Assembly (NCBI GenBank): GCA_026388095.1 | Contig: JAPLKL010000069.1 | Coordinates: 8,117 to 72,116, forward strand | Reading direction: 5' to 3' | Source: Elusimicrobiota bacterium | GTDB taxonomy: Bacteria; Elusimicrobiota; Elusimicrobia; UBA1565; UBA9628 | DNA: 64,000 nucleotides | In this document: positions 17,503 to 26,257 of the stretch, piece by piece | Layout of the letters: each line of letters opens with the position of its first letter | Position numbering within the stretch: the stretch's first letter is position 1 | The notes under the pieces: generated by a model | What the model was told of the DNA's origin: nothing | Database searches by the model: none | What the model saw: only the letters and a program-made list of their open reading frames with translations | Program-made: the position numbers and the translations under genes

Positions 17503-18943
17503 TTCCCCTCAGGCTCGGGCACGAGGCCGCGCCGCGCGCATGGGCGGAGCGGGCCCGGTCCTCGCGGCCCAATCGGCGGTAGGTCGTCTCCAGCCAAGAC
17601 CAGGTGGAGGCCCGGAAGGGATTCTGCGCCGCGGCGCGCTCGAAGTCGGCGGCCGCGGCCTGGAGGCGCGACCCATCGGCGCCCGAGAGCGACGCCTCGA
17701 TGAACCCGGAGAGCCGCGCGGTCTCCGGGTGGTCGCAACGACGGGCGGAAGCCTCCAGGAGCGCCAGCGCCTCGGTCTTGGAGCCGCCGGAGTTCACCAA
17801 GGCCTGGGCCCGGGCCCGGCCGATGTCGGCCTGCCACCTCTGCCAGACCGACTGCCCGGCGCAGAGGCCCGCGGCCAAGGCCAGCGCGCAAGCCGGCAGC
17901 CGCCAACGAGCCGGGACCGCGAGCCCTGCCCCGCTCTCGGGCAGACATGAGCCGACGCAGCAGCAGAACAGCCAGAGCACCGCCGGGATGGAGAGGGCAT
18001 AGTCCCACAAGGACTGGACCAGCAAGGCCAGGGCGGCGACGCGCTTGGCCGGGGGGCCGCGCCGCAGGATCAGCCAGAGCCCGGCCAGCCAGGCCGCCAG
18101 GAAGGGGAATCCCTCCTCGGCGGCGGTCTCCAGGAAATGCTGGTGCGCGTAGAGGCTGGCCAGCGGCCGGCTGGGGTCGACGTAGGCCGGCAGGACATAG
18201 GCGAAGGTGCCGGGGCCGGAACCCAGCCAGGGCCTGGCCAAGCCCATGCGCGCCGCGGCCGTCCACCAGACCCAGCGGTCGCGCACGCCCGCGGTCCCGA
18301 GCTTGGCTGCGGCCAGGGCCAGGCAGAACAGGACCGCGGCCGCTACGGTCCAGACCCTCCCGGGCCGGCGCACCAGCAGCAGCGCCGCGGCCAGCCCCAG
18401 CCACGCGCCGACGCTGTGCGCCCAGGTCAGGCACAGCAGGAGCAGAGCCGTCAGGATCCAATCCTTCTGCGTCACGGCCAAGGGCAGGAAGAGCAGTATG
18501 GCGCCGGCGAAGACGTTCACATTGAGCAGGCTGGCCGGGGGACGGTCCAGGTGCAGGCCGAAACGCTGGTAGAGGGCGAGCAGGACCAGGGCCCAAGCGA
18601 CCGCCCGCATCCCAAGGTCCACGAGCCGGCGCTGGTCTCCAGGCATGACCGAGTAGGCCAGCAGCACGCCCAAGGCCGCCAGCCACACGTGCCAGGCGGG
18701 GACCGCGTAGGCCGGCAGAGGCCCGGCGTATGCGCAAAGACCGCCCCAGACCGCCAGGCCCAAGGTCCAAGCCAGCAGAGGCCGGGGGGGCAGAGGCAGG
18801 CGGCCGCGGAGCAGCCGGCCGCAGACCCACAAGACCGCGACGGCGAGGACGGCCAGCAGGAGCAAGGACTGCGCCCAGAGGTCCCAGGCGCCGCTCAGCA
18901 GCGGTCCCAGGACGGCCAGCAGTCCCGGGAAGAGGGCCAGCAC
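17489..18943 (-). CDS. O-antigen ligase/polymerase family (Wzy_C) membrane protein with C-terminal TPR-like region
   Basis: The transmembrane region carries the conserved YAHQHFLETAAEEG loop (H...E), which is Wzy_C/RfaL/PglL-like. The C-terminal ~100 aa is soluble and TPR-like (GRARAQALV...ASTWSWLETTYRRLG). Confidence 0.75.
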   Translation of the reverse strand: MLALFPGLLAVLGPLLSGAWDLWAQSLLLLAVLAVAVLWVCGRLLRGRLPLPPRPLLAWTLGLAVWGGLCAYAGPLPAYAVPAWHVWLAALGVLLAYSVMPGDQRRLVDLGMRAVAWALVLLALYQRFGLHLDRPPASLLNVNVFAGAILLFLPLAVTQKDWILTALLLLCLTWAHSVGAWLGLAAALLLVRRPGRVWTVAAAVLFCLALAAAKLGTAGVRDRWVWWTAAARMGLARPWLGSGPGTFAYVLPAYVDPSRPLASLYAHQHFLETAAEEGFPFLAAWLAGLWLILRRGPPAKRVAALALLVQSLWDYALSIPAVLWLFCCCVGSCLPESGAGLAVPARWRLPACALALAAGLCAGQSVWQRWQADIGRARAQALVNSGGSKTEALALLEASARRCDHPETARLSGFIEASLSGADGSRLQAAAADFERAAAQNPFRASTWSWLETTYRRLGREDRARSAHARGAASCPSLRGNGPG

Positions 18944-18950
18944 GCCGCGG

Positions 18951-21032
18951 TCAGTCCGCCAGGATCTTCGGCGTCACGAAGATCAGCAGCTCCGTGCGCG
19001 TGCGCGCCTTGTGCTTGCTGCGGAACAGCCAGCCCAGGATGGGGATGTCCCCGAGGAGCGGGATCTTGCTGATCCGGTCCTCGAGGCGGTCGCTGATGAG
19101 GCCGCCGATGACGATGGTCTCGCCGTCGCGGATGAGCACCGTGGTCTGGGCCTGGCGCGAGTCGATGCCGGGCGCCCCACCCGTGGCGGTCGGGGCCGTG
19201 GCCGAGGGCTGGCTGACCGTCGGGTTGACCAGGAGCGTGATGCGGCCGTCGGCGTTGATGGTCGGCGTCACCGTGAGCTGGATGCCCACGGAGACGTAGG
19301 TGACCTGCGAGGTGACGGCGCCGCCCGCGGTCGAGGCGATGCTGGAGGTCACGTAGGGATACTGGGTCGTGACATTGATGTTGGCGGGCTGGTTGTTGAG
19401 GGTCGCGATCTTCGGGTCGGAGAGGACCTTGATCTTGCCCTGGCTGGCGGCCGCGGTCAAGGTCATGTTGAGGATCTGGTTGTTGGTGATGCGCCCCAAA
19501 GTCAAGGCGCCCAGCACGTTGGACGCGGGGAGGTTGACCCCCGTACCGCCGCCGACTCCCAACGGGCTGTTGGCGCCGGCGATCTTGGTGGAGTCCATTC
19601 CGGCGACGCTGTTGAGGTCGAACGGAGTGGACTTCCCGGTCGCGACGCCGAGGGGAGCTCCGATGGTGGAGACCCCGTTCTTGCCGAACGCCTTGCCCTG
19701 GTCGGCGGAGAAATAGTTCCATTGGATGCCGTAGTCCAGGCTGTTGCTCAAAGTGACTTCGATGAGCTTGGCCTCGATGAGGACCTGCTTGGGCCGCACA
19801 TCGAGCTGGGCGATGAGCCGCTCCTCGGTGGCCATCCCGTCCGGGGACTCGGTCAGGATCAGGGAGTTGGTCTTGAGGTCGGCCGTGGCCGAGCCCTGGC
19901 GGCCTTCGGCCGAGCGCACGGCGGTGAGCGCCGGCAGGATCTCGGAGGCCTTGGTGTAGTTGAGCGGGATGATCTTGGTGAGGGTGGTGGCCGTGCTGCG
20001 CTCCTTGGCCATCTGCGCCGGGGTCAGCACGCGCACGATGCTGTCGCCCACCTGCATGGTGACCAGGCCGCTCATGGACAGGATGGTCTGCACCGCCTCG
20101 TTGAAGGGCACGTCGCTGAGGTGCAGGGTCAGGGGCAGTACGGCCGCCACGTCGCTGCCGAAGATGATATTGACCCGGGCTTTGGCCGCGAGGAGCTTGA
20201 AGACGTCCCGGATATCCGTGGCGTCGAAGTCCAAGGTCACCAGATCCCGGGGCAGGCGGCTCATGATGTCGGAACGCCTCACGCGCTTGGCCAACCCCGA
20301 GGCGTGGGCCACGGACTCCTCCTCTTCGGGGGCGGCTTTCGCTTCAGACTCCCCCTCCGAGTCCTTCTCAGCCCGGTCCTTCACCAGGACCTTCGGCTTG
20401 GCCGCGGCCGCGGGGACGACCGCCGCGGCCTCCACGGCGACCGGAGCCGCCGCAGCCACCGCCGCCGGCGCCTTCGGGTGCTGAGGCTTGCGCGGGGCCG
20501 CTGCCTGGGGCGCCGCCGCGGCGGCCGCCTTGGGCGAGACCTCGGCTTGGGCGGCCGGAGTCGCCGGCGCCGGCGGCTGCGCCGCGGCGGATTCCGCCAC
20601 CAAAGTGACGACCAGAGCGTGATCCGACTGGGTGAGGCGGTAGCCGGCCATCTCGTTGAGGTCCATGACGACGCGCGCGATCATCTTCGGGGAGCGTTGG
20701 TACTGGCCCACGCGCACGCGCTTGAGGAACCGCCCCTTGCCGGCGATCTCCGTGGCGCCCACCTGGTCCTCGGCATCGAGGAGCTCCACGACCAGGCGCG
20801 GGGGCTTGGCGATGAGGATGCCGTTGTACTGCGCCGGGGCGCTGAGCTTGATGGTCACCGTGTCGTAGCCGACGCTGAGGCCCTCTACGGTGGCCGACGC
20901 TTCCGCCGCGAAGCTCCGGACCAGCAGTCCCTCGGGGCACGCCAGGGCGAGGGCCAAGGCCGCGGCCAAAGAGCGCCTCGCGACTGTCTGCACGCAGGAC
21001 CGCCTCATAATGGAGGGCCGCTTCGTAGTCAT
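18951..21032 (-). CDS. pilQ: Type IV pilus secretin PilQ
   Basis: Signal peptide, AMIN-like N-terminal domain, Ala/Pro-rich linker, secretin N domains, and a C-terminal secretin domain (..VLIRDGETIVIGGLI...IPLLGDIPILGWLF..). Confidence 0.9.
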   Translation of the reverse strand: MTTKRPSIMRRSCVQTVARRSLAAALALALACPEGLLVRSFAAEASATVEGLSVGYDTVTIKLSAPAQYNGILIAKPPRLVVELLDAEDQVGATEIAGKGRFLKRVRVGQYQRSPKMIARVVMDLNEMAGYRLTQSDHALVVTLVAESAAAQPPAPATPAAQAEVSPKAAAAAAPQAAAPRKPQHPKAPAAVAAAAPVAVEAAAVVPAAAAKPKVLVKDRAEKDSEGESEAKAAPEEEESVAHASGLAKRVRRSDIMSRLPRDLVTLDFDATDIRDVFKLLAAKARVNIIFGSDVAAVLPLTLHLSDVPFNEAVQTILSMSGLVTMQVGDSIVRVLTPAQMAKERSTATTLTKIIPLNYTKASEILPALTAVRSAEGRQGSATADLKTNSLILTESPDGMATEERLIAQLDVRPKQVLIEAKLIEVTLSNSLDYGIQWNYFSADQGKAFGKNGVSTIGAPLGVATGKSTPFDLNSVAGMDSTKIAGANSPLGVGGGTGVNLPASNVLGALTLGRITNNQILNMTLTAAASQGKIKVLSDPKIATLNNQPANINVTTQYPYVTSSIASTAGGAVTSQVTYVSVGIQLTVTPTINADGRITLLVNPTVSQPSATAPTATGGAPGIDSRQAQTTVLIRDGETIVIGGLISDRLEDRISKIPLLGDIPILGWLFRSKHKARTRTELLIFVTPKILAD

Positions 21033-21051
21033 TGCATTCTCCCGCTCGCCG

Positions 21052-21528
21052 TCAATCCTTCTCTTCCTCGCCCAGCCGGAAAACCTGCACGTCGCCTTCC
21101 GGGGCGGTCAGGGTCGCCATCTTCTTCTTGAGGTCTATGGTCCCGGTCACGCCCGGTACGGCCTTCTGTTTGGGATCGTAGAGCCGGCCCTGGCGCAGGA
21201 GGAAGCCCCCGCCCGCTTCGTTGTCCACGAACAGCGCGAAATCGGTCCCCGCGTCGCGCATGATGCCCCGCAAGTAAAGCTTGTGGATGCTGAAATCCTG
21301 CAGCGAGAAGGCCCGCGCGGAGCCGCGGCTGGCGCCCCAGCGCGCGAAAGGGTCGCGCAGGCGCTCCCCCGTGTAGATGCTGCCGACGGTGGCCGCGGTG
21401 GACGCCTTGACCTCGACCGGGGCGGCAGCCGCGGGCGCCCCGCCCGCAGGCCCGCTGGCGGCCCGGGCCTCCGGAAGGCCGACTCCGAGGACCAGCGCCG
21501 CCGCCGTCAGGATCCAAGCTTTCATCAT
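21052..21528 (-). CDS. pilP: Pilus assembly protein PilP-like (periplasmic lipoprotein)
   Basis: 158 aa with a signal peptide. Its position between pilO and pilQ is conserved in pilMNOPQ operons. This is a weak family-level call. Confidence 0.6.
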   Translation of the reverse strand: MMKAWILTAAALVLGVGLPEARAASGPAGGAPAAAAPVEVKASTAATVGSIYTGERLRDPFARWGASRGSARAFSLQDFSIHKLYLRGIMRDAGTDFALFVDNEAGGGFLLRQGRLYDPKQKAVPGVTGTIDLKKKMATLTAPEGDVQVFRLGEEEKD

Positions 21529-21532
21529 CCCT

Positions 21533-22078
21533 CTAATTGTACTGGTAGGAGACCAGCGTGAAGCTCACCCGCATCTCGCCCGTCCCTTCCGTGGGCTCCG
21601 GGAACTTGACGTCGTAGACGTTGTAAAGGCGCTGCTCCAGCGCCAGGGCTGCCAGGAATCTGCCGATGTTGTGGAACGTGCCGCGCACCGAGACCGGGAA
21701 CCGGAACTCGGTGAAGTACTGCTGGGGCTTGCTGGGGCCCGGCGCGAAACTCAGCAGGAAGACCTTGTATTGGGCTCCCACGGAGTCCAGCGTCACCAGG
21801 ATATCCGTCACCGACTTGGTCTTGGGCAGGCGCTTCTCGGCCTCGATCTTGCGCTCGTTGAGGCTCACCAACTGCCGGTCCAACTCGTCGAGCCTTGCGG
21901 CCTGGCGCTTGGCGGCCTGGATGTCGCGTTCCAGGCCCTCGATCTGGGTCTGGAGATCCTTCGTCTTCTTCGAGACCGGGAGCCAGAAGAACTGCACGTA
22001 GCAGTACGCGAAAGCGACCAGCCCGATGGCGCCCGCGGCCAGGGTCTGCTGCTGCTGCTTCGTCAGTTTGATGGCCAT
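21533..22078 (-). CDS. pilO: Type IV pilus assembly protein PilO
   Basis: Single TM helix, coiled-coil segment, PilO-like periplasmic domain. Operon position supports the call. Confidence 0.8.
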   Translation of the reverse strand: MAIKLTKQQQQTLAAGAIGLVAFAYCYVQFFWLPVSKKTKDLQTQIEGLERDIQAAKRQAARLDELDRQLVSLNERKIEAEKRLPKTKSVTDILVTLDSVGAQYKVFLLSFAPGPSKPQQYFTEFRFPVSVRGTFHNIGRFLAALALEQRLYNVYDVKFPEPTEGTGEMRVSFTLVSYQYN

Positions 22079-22085
22079 TCTGCGC

Positions 22086-22643
22086 TCACAGTTGGGGCGT
22101 ATGGGCCGCGGTCAGAGTGAAGCTGCGCAGCGCGCCGGCCGCGGACTCCTGCGTGGTCATCGCGCCGAGCTCGATGCTGGTGAACCTTCCCGAATCCTCC
22201 ATCTTGTGGATCCAGGTGCGGATGTCTTCGTTGGTGCGGGCCTCCGCCGTGATATTGAGCTTCAATTGGCCGCCGCCGCCGCCGCTCACGTCCAAAGTCT
22301 TGACCCGCACGCCGGACGGGATGCTCCTCACGAAATCGCTCATGAAGTAAGGATAGGTGCGCCGGCCGCGGTCCAGGCCGTCGATGACCCCAAGCCGGTC
22401 CCGCAGCGCCTTGGCCTGGGCTTCCATCTCCTTGACCTTGGCCACGACGGCGTCCAGCCGCTGGAGTTCGGCCTTGTCGATCGCGAGTTCGCCCTGCAGG
22501 CGATGGAGCCGGACCACGAACAATAAAGAGGCCAGCACGATCAGGAAGGCCGCCGCGGCGCCGGCCAGCCCGAACTGCAGGGCCTTCTGCCGCTGCTGGG
22601 CCTTGGCCAGGATTTCTTTGGGGACGAGGTTGATCTTAATCAT
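22086..22643 (-). CDS. pilN: Type IV pilus assembly protein PilN
   Basis: N-terminal MIKINLVPKE (INLLP motif), one TM helix, periplasmic coiled coil. Confidence 0.8.
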   Translation of the reverse strand: MIKINLVPKEILAKAQQRQKALQFGLAGAAAAFLIVLASLLFVVRLHRLQGELAIDKAELQRLDAVVAKVKEMEAQAKALRDRLGVIDGLDRGRRTYPYFMSDFVRSIPSGVRVKTLDVSGGGGGQLKLNITAEARTNEDIRTWIHKMEDSGRFTSIELGAMTTQESAAGALRSFTLTAAHTPQL

Positions 22644-22649
22644 GGCGGC

Positions 22650-23789
22650 TCAGAGCCAATCCCTGTTGCGCCGCAGCGCCAAGCCGACCGCCACCGCGAA
22701 GGCGGGAGCCAAAGACGCCGGCACGTCCGCGGGAGGGCGCTTCAGGCAAGCGAACGGCTCCAGCACCGAGACCGGGACCTTGAGCTCGGCGCTCAGGTGC
22801 TTGGTGAGGTTCTTGAGCGGAGCGCTCCCGCCCGCCAGGACGATGCGCGCGATGGCCCGCTCCGGCCCCTGGGACAGGTAGAAGTCCACCGAGCGGTGGA
22901 CCTCGGCCACCAAGTCCTTGGCGACCGTCGTCACCGCCTGGGACACGCCCAGCGCCTCCCGGTTGCCCTCGGCCAGGGCCTTCTCTTTCTCGGCGGCGTC
23001 CACGATGATGCCCAGGTTCTTCTTGAGCTCCTCGGCCTTGGCCGCGTCGACCTGCACCCCCTTCATTATGGCCTTGGTCAGGGTGCTCCCGGAGATGAAG
23101 ATGTCGCGGACCACGCGGGTGACGCCGCCCTCGATGATGGAGAGGTTGGTCACGCTGTGTCCGATGTTGAGGTAGAGGGTGGCCCCGCCCGCGGCCTTGG
23201 GATCGCGCAGCCGCTCGTGGATGTTCTCCAGCGCGAAGGAGTCCACGTCGATGATGGTGGGCACGAGCCCCGCGCCCTGCAGGATCTCCAGCCGCGCGGC
23301 CACGAGGTCCTTCTTGGCCGCCACCAGGACCGTCTCCATCTTCTTGAGCCCGTCCTCCACGATGTCGTCGAGGATGTGGAAGCCCAGCTGCACCTCGTTG
23401 ATGTCGAACGGGATGAAGGGCTCGGCCTCGCTGGCCAGCGTGGCGGAAAGCTCGCTCTTGGTCAGGCGCGGGAACTTCACATAGCGCACGATGACGGAAT
23501 TGCCGGAGAGCGCGGTCACGGCCTCCTTGACCTTGAGGCCCTTCTCGACCAGGAAGGCCCGCAGGGCGTTGATGGTCTGGACCTTCTTCTCCTCCGGGCT
23601 CGCCTCGGGCTTGATGGTCAGGGGCAGATGACTCCAAGCCTTGAGCGCCAGCCCGCCGTCTTCCTCCATGATGAGCGCGATCTTGATGGCATAGCTGCCC
23701 ACGTCGACCGCCAGGACATAACGGGAGCCGGTCAGGGCCGCGCTGAGCCCTTTTAGTTTCTTCAGCACTTCGTCTAGTTTGGCAGCCAT
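22650..23789 (-). CDS. pilM: Type IV pilus assembly protein PilM (actin-like ATPase fold)
   Basis: LAVDVGSYAIKIAL is a phosphate-1 motif of the ASKHA superfamily. The ~380-aa length matches PilM. Confidence 0.9.
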   Translation of the reverse strand: MAAKLDEVLKKLKGLSAALTGSRYVLAVDVGSYAIKIALIMEEDGGLALKAWSHLPLTIKPEASPEEKKVQTINALRAFLVEKGLKVKEAVTALSGNSVIVRYVKFPRLTKSELSATLASEAEPFIPFDINEVQLGFHILDDIVEDGLKKMETVLVAAKKDLVAARLEILQGAGLVPTIIDVDSFALENIHERLRDPKAAGGATLYLNIGHSVTNLSIIEGGVTRVVRDIFISGSTLTKAIMKGVQVDAAKAEELKKNLGIIVDAAEKEKALAEGNREALGVSQAVTTVAKDLVAEVHRSVDFYLSQGPERAIARIVLAGGSAPLKNLTKHLSAELKVPVSVLEPFACLKRPPADVPASLAPAFAVAVGLALRRNRDWL

Positions 23790-24022
23790 AAAAAAACGCC
23801 GACGCCCAGGCTCTTCCTATTTAAAGGAACACAGCCTCTGGACGGACTCGGCGCGGGCACGAACGGACCGGTCCTTCATGCAATCCGGGCCGGCAAAGGA
23901 GATTTATAACAGGTATCCACTGATTTGTCAAGGCCTTTGTTAAAGGATAGCAATGTTCGGTCGCGCCATGCCAGGCAGGCGGCGACCCATGCCCAGGCGC
24001 AAATATAGTAGAATACTCATCT

Positions 24023-25405
24023 GTGGACGGCATCCTTTTTGACTACGGCGGGACCCTCGATTCCGACGGGACCACCTGGATCGACCGGTTCTTCCGCATC
24101 ACCCAGGACCTGGGTTTCGATTTTCCCCGCCCCCGGTTCGACCGCGCGTTCTACGACAGCGACGACAGCCTCCCCGCCCGCTTCGCGCTGAAGGGCCTGT
24201 CCCTGGAGCAGACGCTGACCCTCCAAGTCAACGGCGTCCTCGCAGCCTTGGCCCCGGACCGCGCGACGCAGGCGCCTGAGGTCGTGGCCCGCTTCATCGC
24301 CGAGTCGCGCGCCGCGTTCCAGCGCAACCGGCCGGTCCTGGAGCGGCTCGCCGCCCGCTACCGTCTGGGCGTCGTCTCCAACTTCTACGGGAACCTCGAA
24401 GACATCCTGGCCAGCGAAGGCCTGCGCGGGCTCTTCTCCTCGGTCGTGGATTCCGGGGTCCTAGGCGTCGCCAAGCCGGATCCGGCCATTTTCCGGAGAG
24501 CCCTGGCCGACCTGGGCCTCACGCCGGAGCAAGCCCTCATGGTGGGCGATTCAGTGCCCCGGGACATGAAGGGCGCCGAGGGTCTGGGCATGCGCCATAT
24601 CCTGGTGGGAGATCTCTCCCGGCCGGTCTGCTGCCCCAAGGCGCTGCGAGTGGCCTCCGTCGCGGACCTGGAAAGCGTGCTGCCGAAAGCGGCCGGACCC
24701 GTCCCTCTGCGCGCGGGAATCATAGCGGCCGGCGACGGAGAGCGGCTCAAGTCCAGCCACCCCGAGACCATCAAGCCCCTGGTGCCGATACGCGGCCGGC
24801 CTCTTTGCCACTGGGTCGTCGGATCTCTGAGCGAGGCTGGCGTTCAGGATTTCACGGTCTTGTTCAATTCTCGAGGCCACCGCGCCCAGGAGAGCCTTTT
24901 GGCGTCCTTCCCGTCCTTGCGCTGGACCTTCCTCTCGCGCGACACTGCCTCCTCTTGGGAGAGCTTCCGCCTGGTGGCGCAATCTTTGGCCGAGACCGAG
25001 GGCTCATTCCTCATCAGCACGGTCGACGCGCTCATGCCCCCGGCCGGGGCCCGTCGCTTCGCCGAGGCGGCCAGGGTCTCGGGCGCCCCGGCGGCCCTCG
25101 CCCTCACCGAATTCATCGACGACGAGAAGCCGCTCTGGGCCGACTTGGGCCCGGACGGCCGGGTCACGGCCTTGGGAGCGGACGCCCGCACTCACCGGTA
25201 CGCCACCTGCGGCCTCTACTATCTGACCGCGGCCGTGGCGCGGGCGCTGCCGCAGGCGCAGGCCTACGGCAGGCTGCGCGAGTATCTGCAAGACTTGGTC
25301 GCCCAAAGCGCGGTGGCGGGAGTCGTCCTGTCCAAAACCATCGACGTGGACCGGCCCGAGGACGTCCGCCAGGCCGAGAATTTCGTCACGGCGTTCGAGA
25401 GCTGA
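24023..25405 (+). CDS. Bifunctional HAD-superfamily phosphatase / nucleotidyltransferase (NTP_transferase, MobA/IspD-like) fusion
   Basis: N-terminal HAD motifs: I LFDYGGTLD, II VVSN, IV GDSVPRD. C-terminal IIAAGDGERL...KPLVPIRGRPL is the G-x-G-x-R-L nucleotide-binding signature of sugar/alcohol-phosphate nucleotidyltransferases. Confidence 0.75.
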   Translation: MDGILFDYGGTLDSDGTTWIDRFFRITQDLGFDFPRPRFDRAFYDSDDSLPARFALKGLSLEQTLTLQVNGVLAALAPDRATQAPEVVARFIAESRAAFQRNRPVLERLAARYRLGVVSNFYGNLEDILASEGLRGLFSSVVDSGVLGVAKPDPAIFRRALADLGLTPEQALMVGDSVPRDMKGAEGLGMRHILVGDLSRPVCCPKALRVASVADLESVLPKAAGPVPLRAGIIAAGDGERLKSSHPETIKPLVPIRGRPLCHWVVGSLSEAGVQDFTVLFNSRGHRAQESLLASFPSLRWTFLSRDTASSWESFRLVAQSLAETEGSFLISTVDALMPPAGARRFAEAARVSGAPAALALTEFIDDEKPLWADLGPDGRVTALGADARTHRYATCGLYYLTAAVARALPQAQAYGRLREYLQDLVAQSAVAGVVLSKTIDVDRPEDVRQAENFVTAFES

Positions 25406-25407
25406 CC

Positions 25408-26256
25408 ATGGTTTCCTGCCTGGGCATCTGCAGAGAATTGACGAACTCCCCGAACCGGGAGACCGACGACGCCCTCATCCTCAAGGCGGTCATGGAGCAG
25501 CTTTCCATCTATAGGGCTCACACCATGGTCATGACCCCGGAAGAGGCGGACACCGCGGACCTGGGCTCCTGGGACATGATCGTGCCCATGTGCGAGTCCT
25601 ATCCCCGCCTGCGCCGCCTCATCGCCCAGCAGCGAGCGCGGCCCGTGCTCATGGTCAACCCGCCGGAGTCGGTGCTGGCCTGCTACCGCCTGAGCATGTA
25701 CGAGGCCTTCGCCAAGGACCCCAGCATCCTCTGCCCCCCCACCGAGACCCGCAGCATCCAGGGCTCGCACGCGCTGCAGCCCCCGGCCTTCGCGGACCAC
25801 GGCGGACTCTGGGTCAAGCGCGGCGACGTGCACAACACCTGCACCCACGACGTGGTCTACGCGGGGGACTGGTCCGAGGTGGAGGCCATCCGCCAGGATT
25901 TCGCCTCCCGCGAGATCTCGTCCTTGGTCCTGCAGCAGCACGTCGACGGCGACCTAGTCAAGTTCTACGGCGTGGGCCCGGGGCGCTGGTTCACCTACTT
26001 CTACCACGACCCGGCCACGGCGCGCAAGCTCCCCTTCGACATCGACATCCTGGCGGCCATGGCAGCGGCCGGAGCCTCCGCCCTCAAGCTCGAGGTCTTC
26101 GGCGGCGACGCCATCATCACCCCCGAGGGCCGCATCTATCTCATCGACATCAATTCCTGGCCGAGCTTCGCGCGCGTGCGCGCCGAAGCCTCCATCCAGA
26201 TCGCCTGGCAGCTGCGCTCCAGGCTCAAAACCCTGCAAGCCGTGAGGAGACCCTGA
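25408..26256 (+). CDS. ATP-grasp domain protein (ligase/kinase fold)
   Basis: 282 aa. ...VKRGD...VLQQHVDGDLVKFYGVG...YLIDINSWPS matches the ATP-grasp C-terminal domain (E/D...N). Confidence 0.6.
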   Translation: MVSCLGICRELTNSPNRETDDALILKAVMEQLSIYRAHTMVMTPEEADTADLGSWDMIVPMCESYPRLRRLIAQQRARPVLMVNPPESVLACYRLSMYEAFAKDPSILCPPTETRSIQGSHALQPPAFADHGGLWVKRGDVHNTCTHDVVYAGDWSEVEAIRQDFASREISSLVLQQHVDGDLVKFYGVGPGRWFTYFYHDPATARKLPFDIDILAAMAAAGASALKLEVFGGDAIITPEGRIYLIDINSWPSFARVRAEASIQIAWQLRSRLKTLQAVRRP

Positions 26257-26257
26257 C

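Noticed and set aside
19011-21131. 706-aa plus-strand ORF
   Set aside because: It lies antisense to pilQ, with GC-artefact composition.
23940-23975. Possible sigma-54 promoter (TGGCAT...TTGCT on the minus strand) upstream of pilM
   Set aside because: The GG and GC elements are ~20 nt apart instead of the required 10. The divergent intergenic region is AT-rich and probably holds sigma-70-type promoters, but I could not define one.
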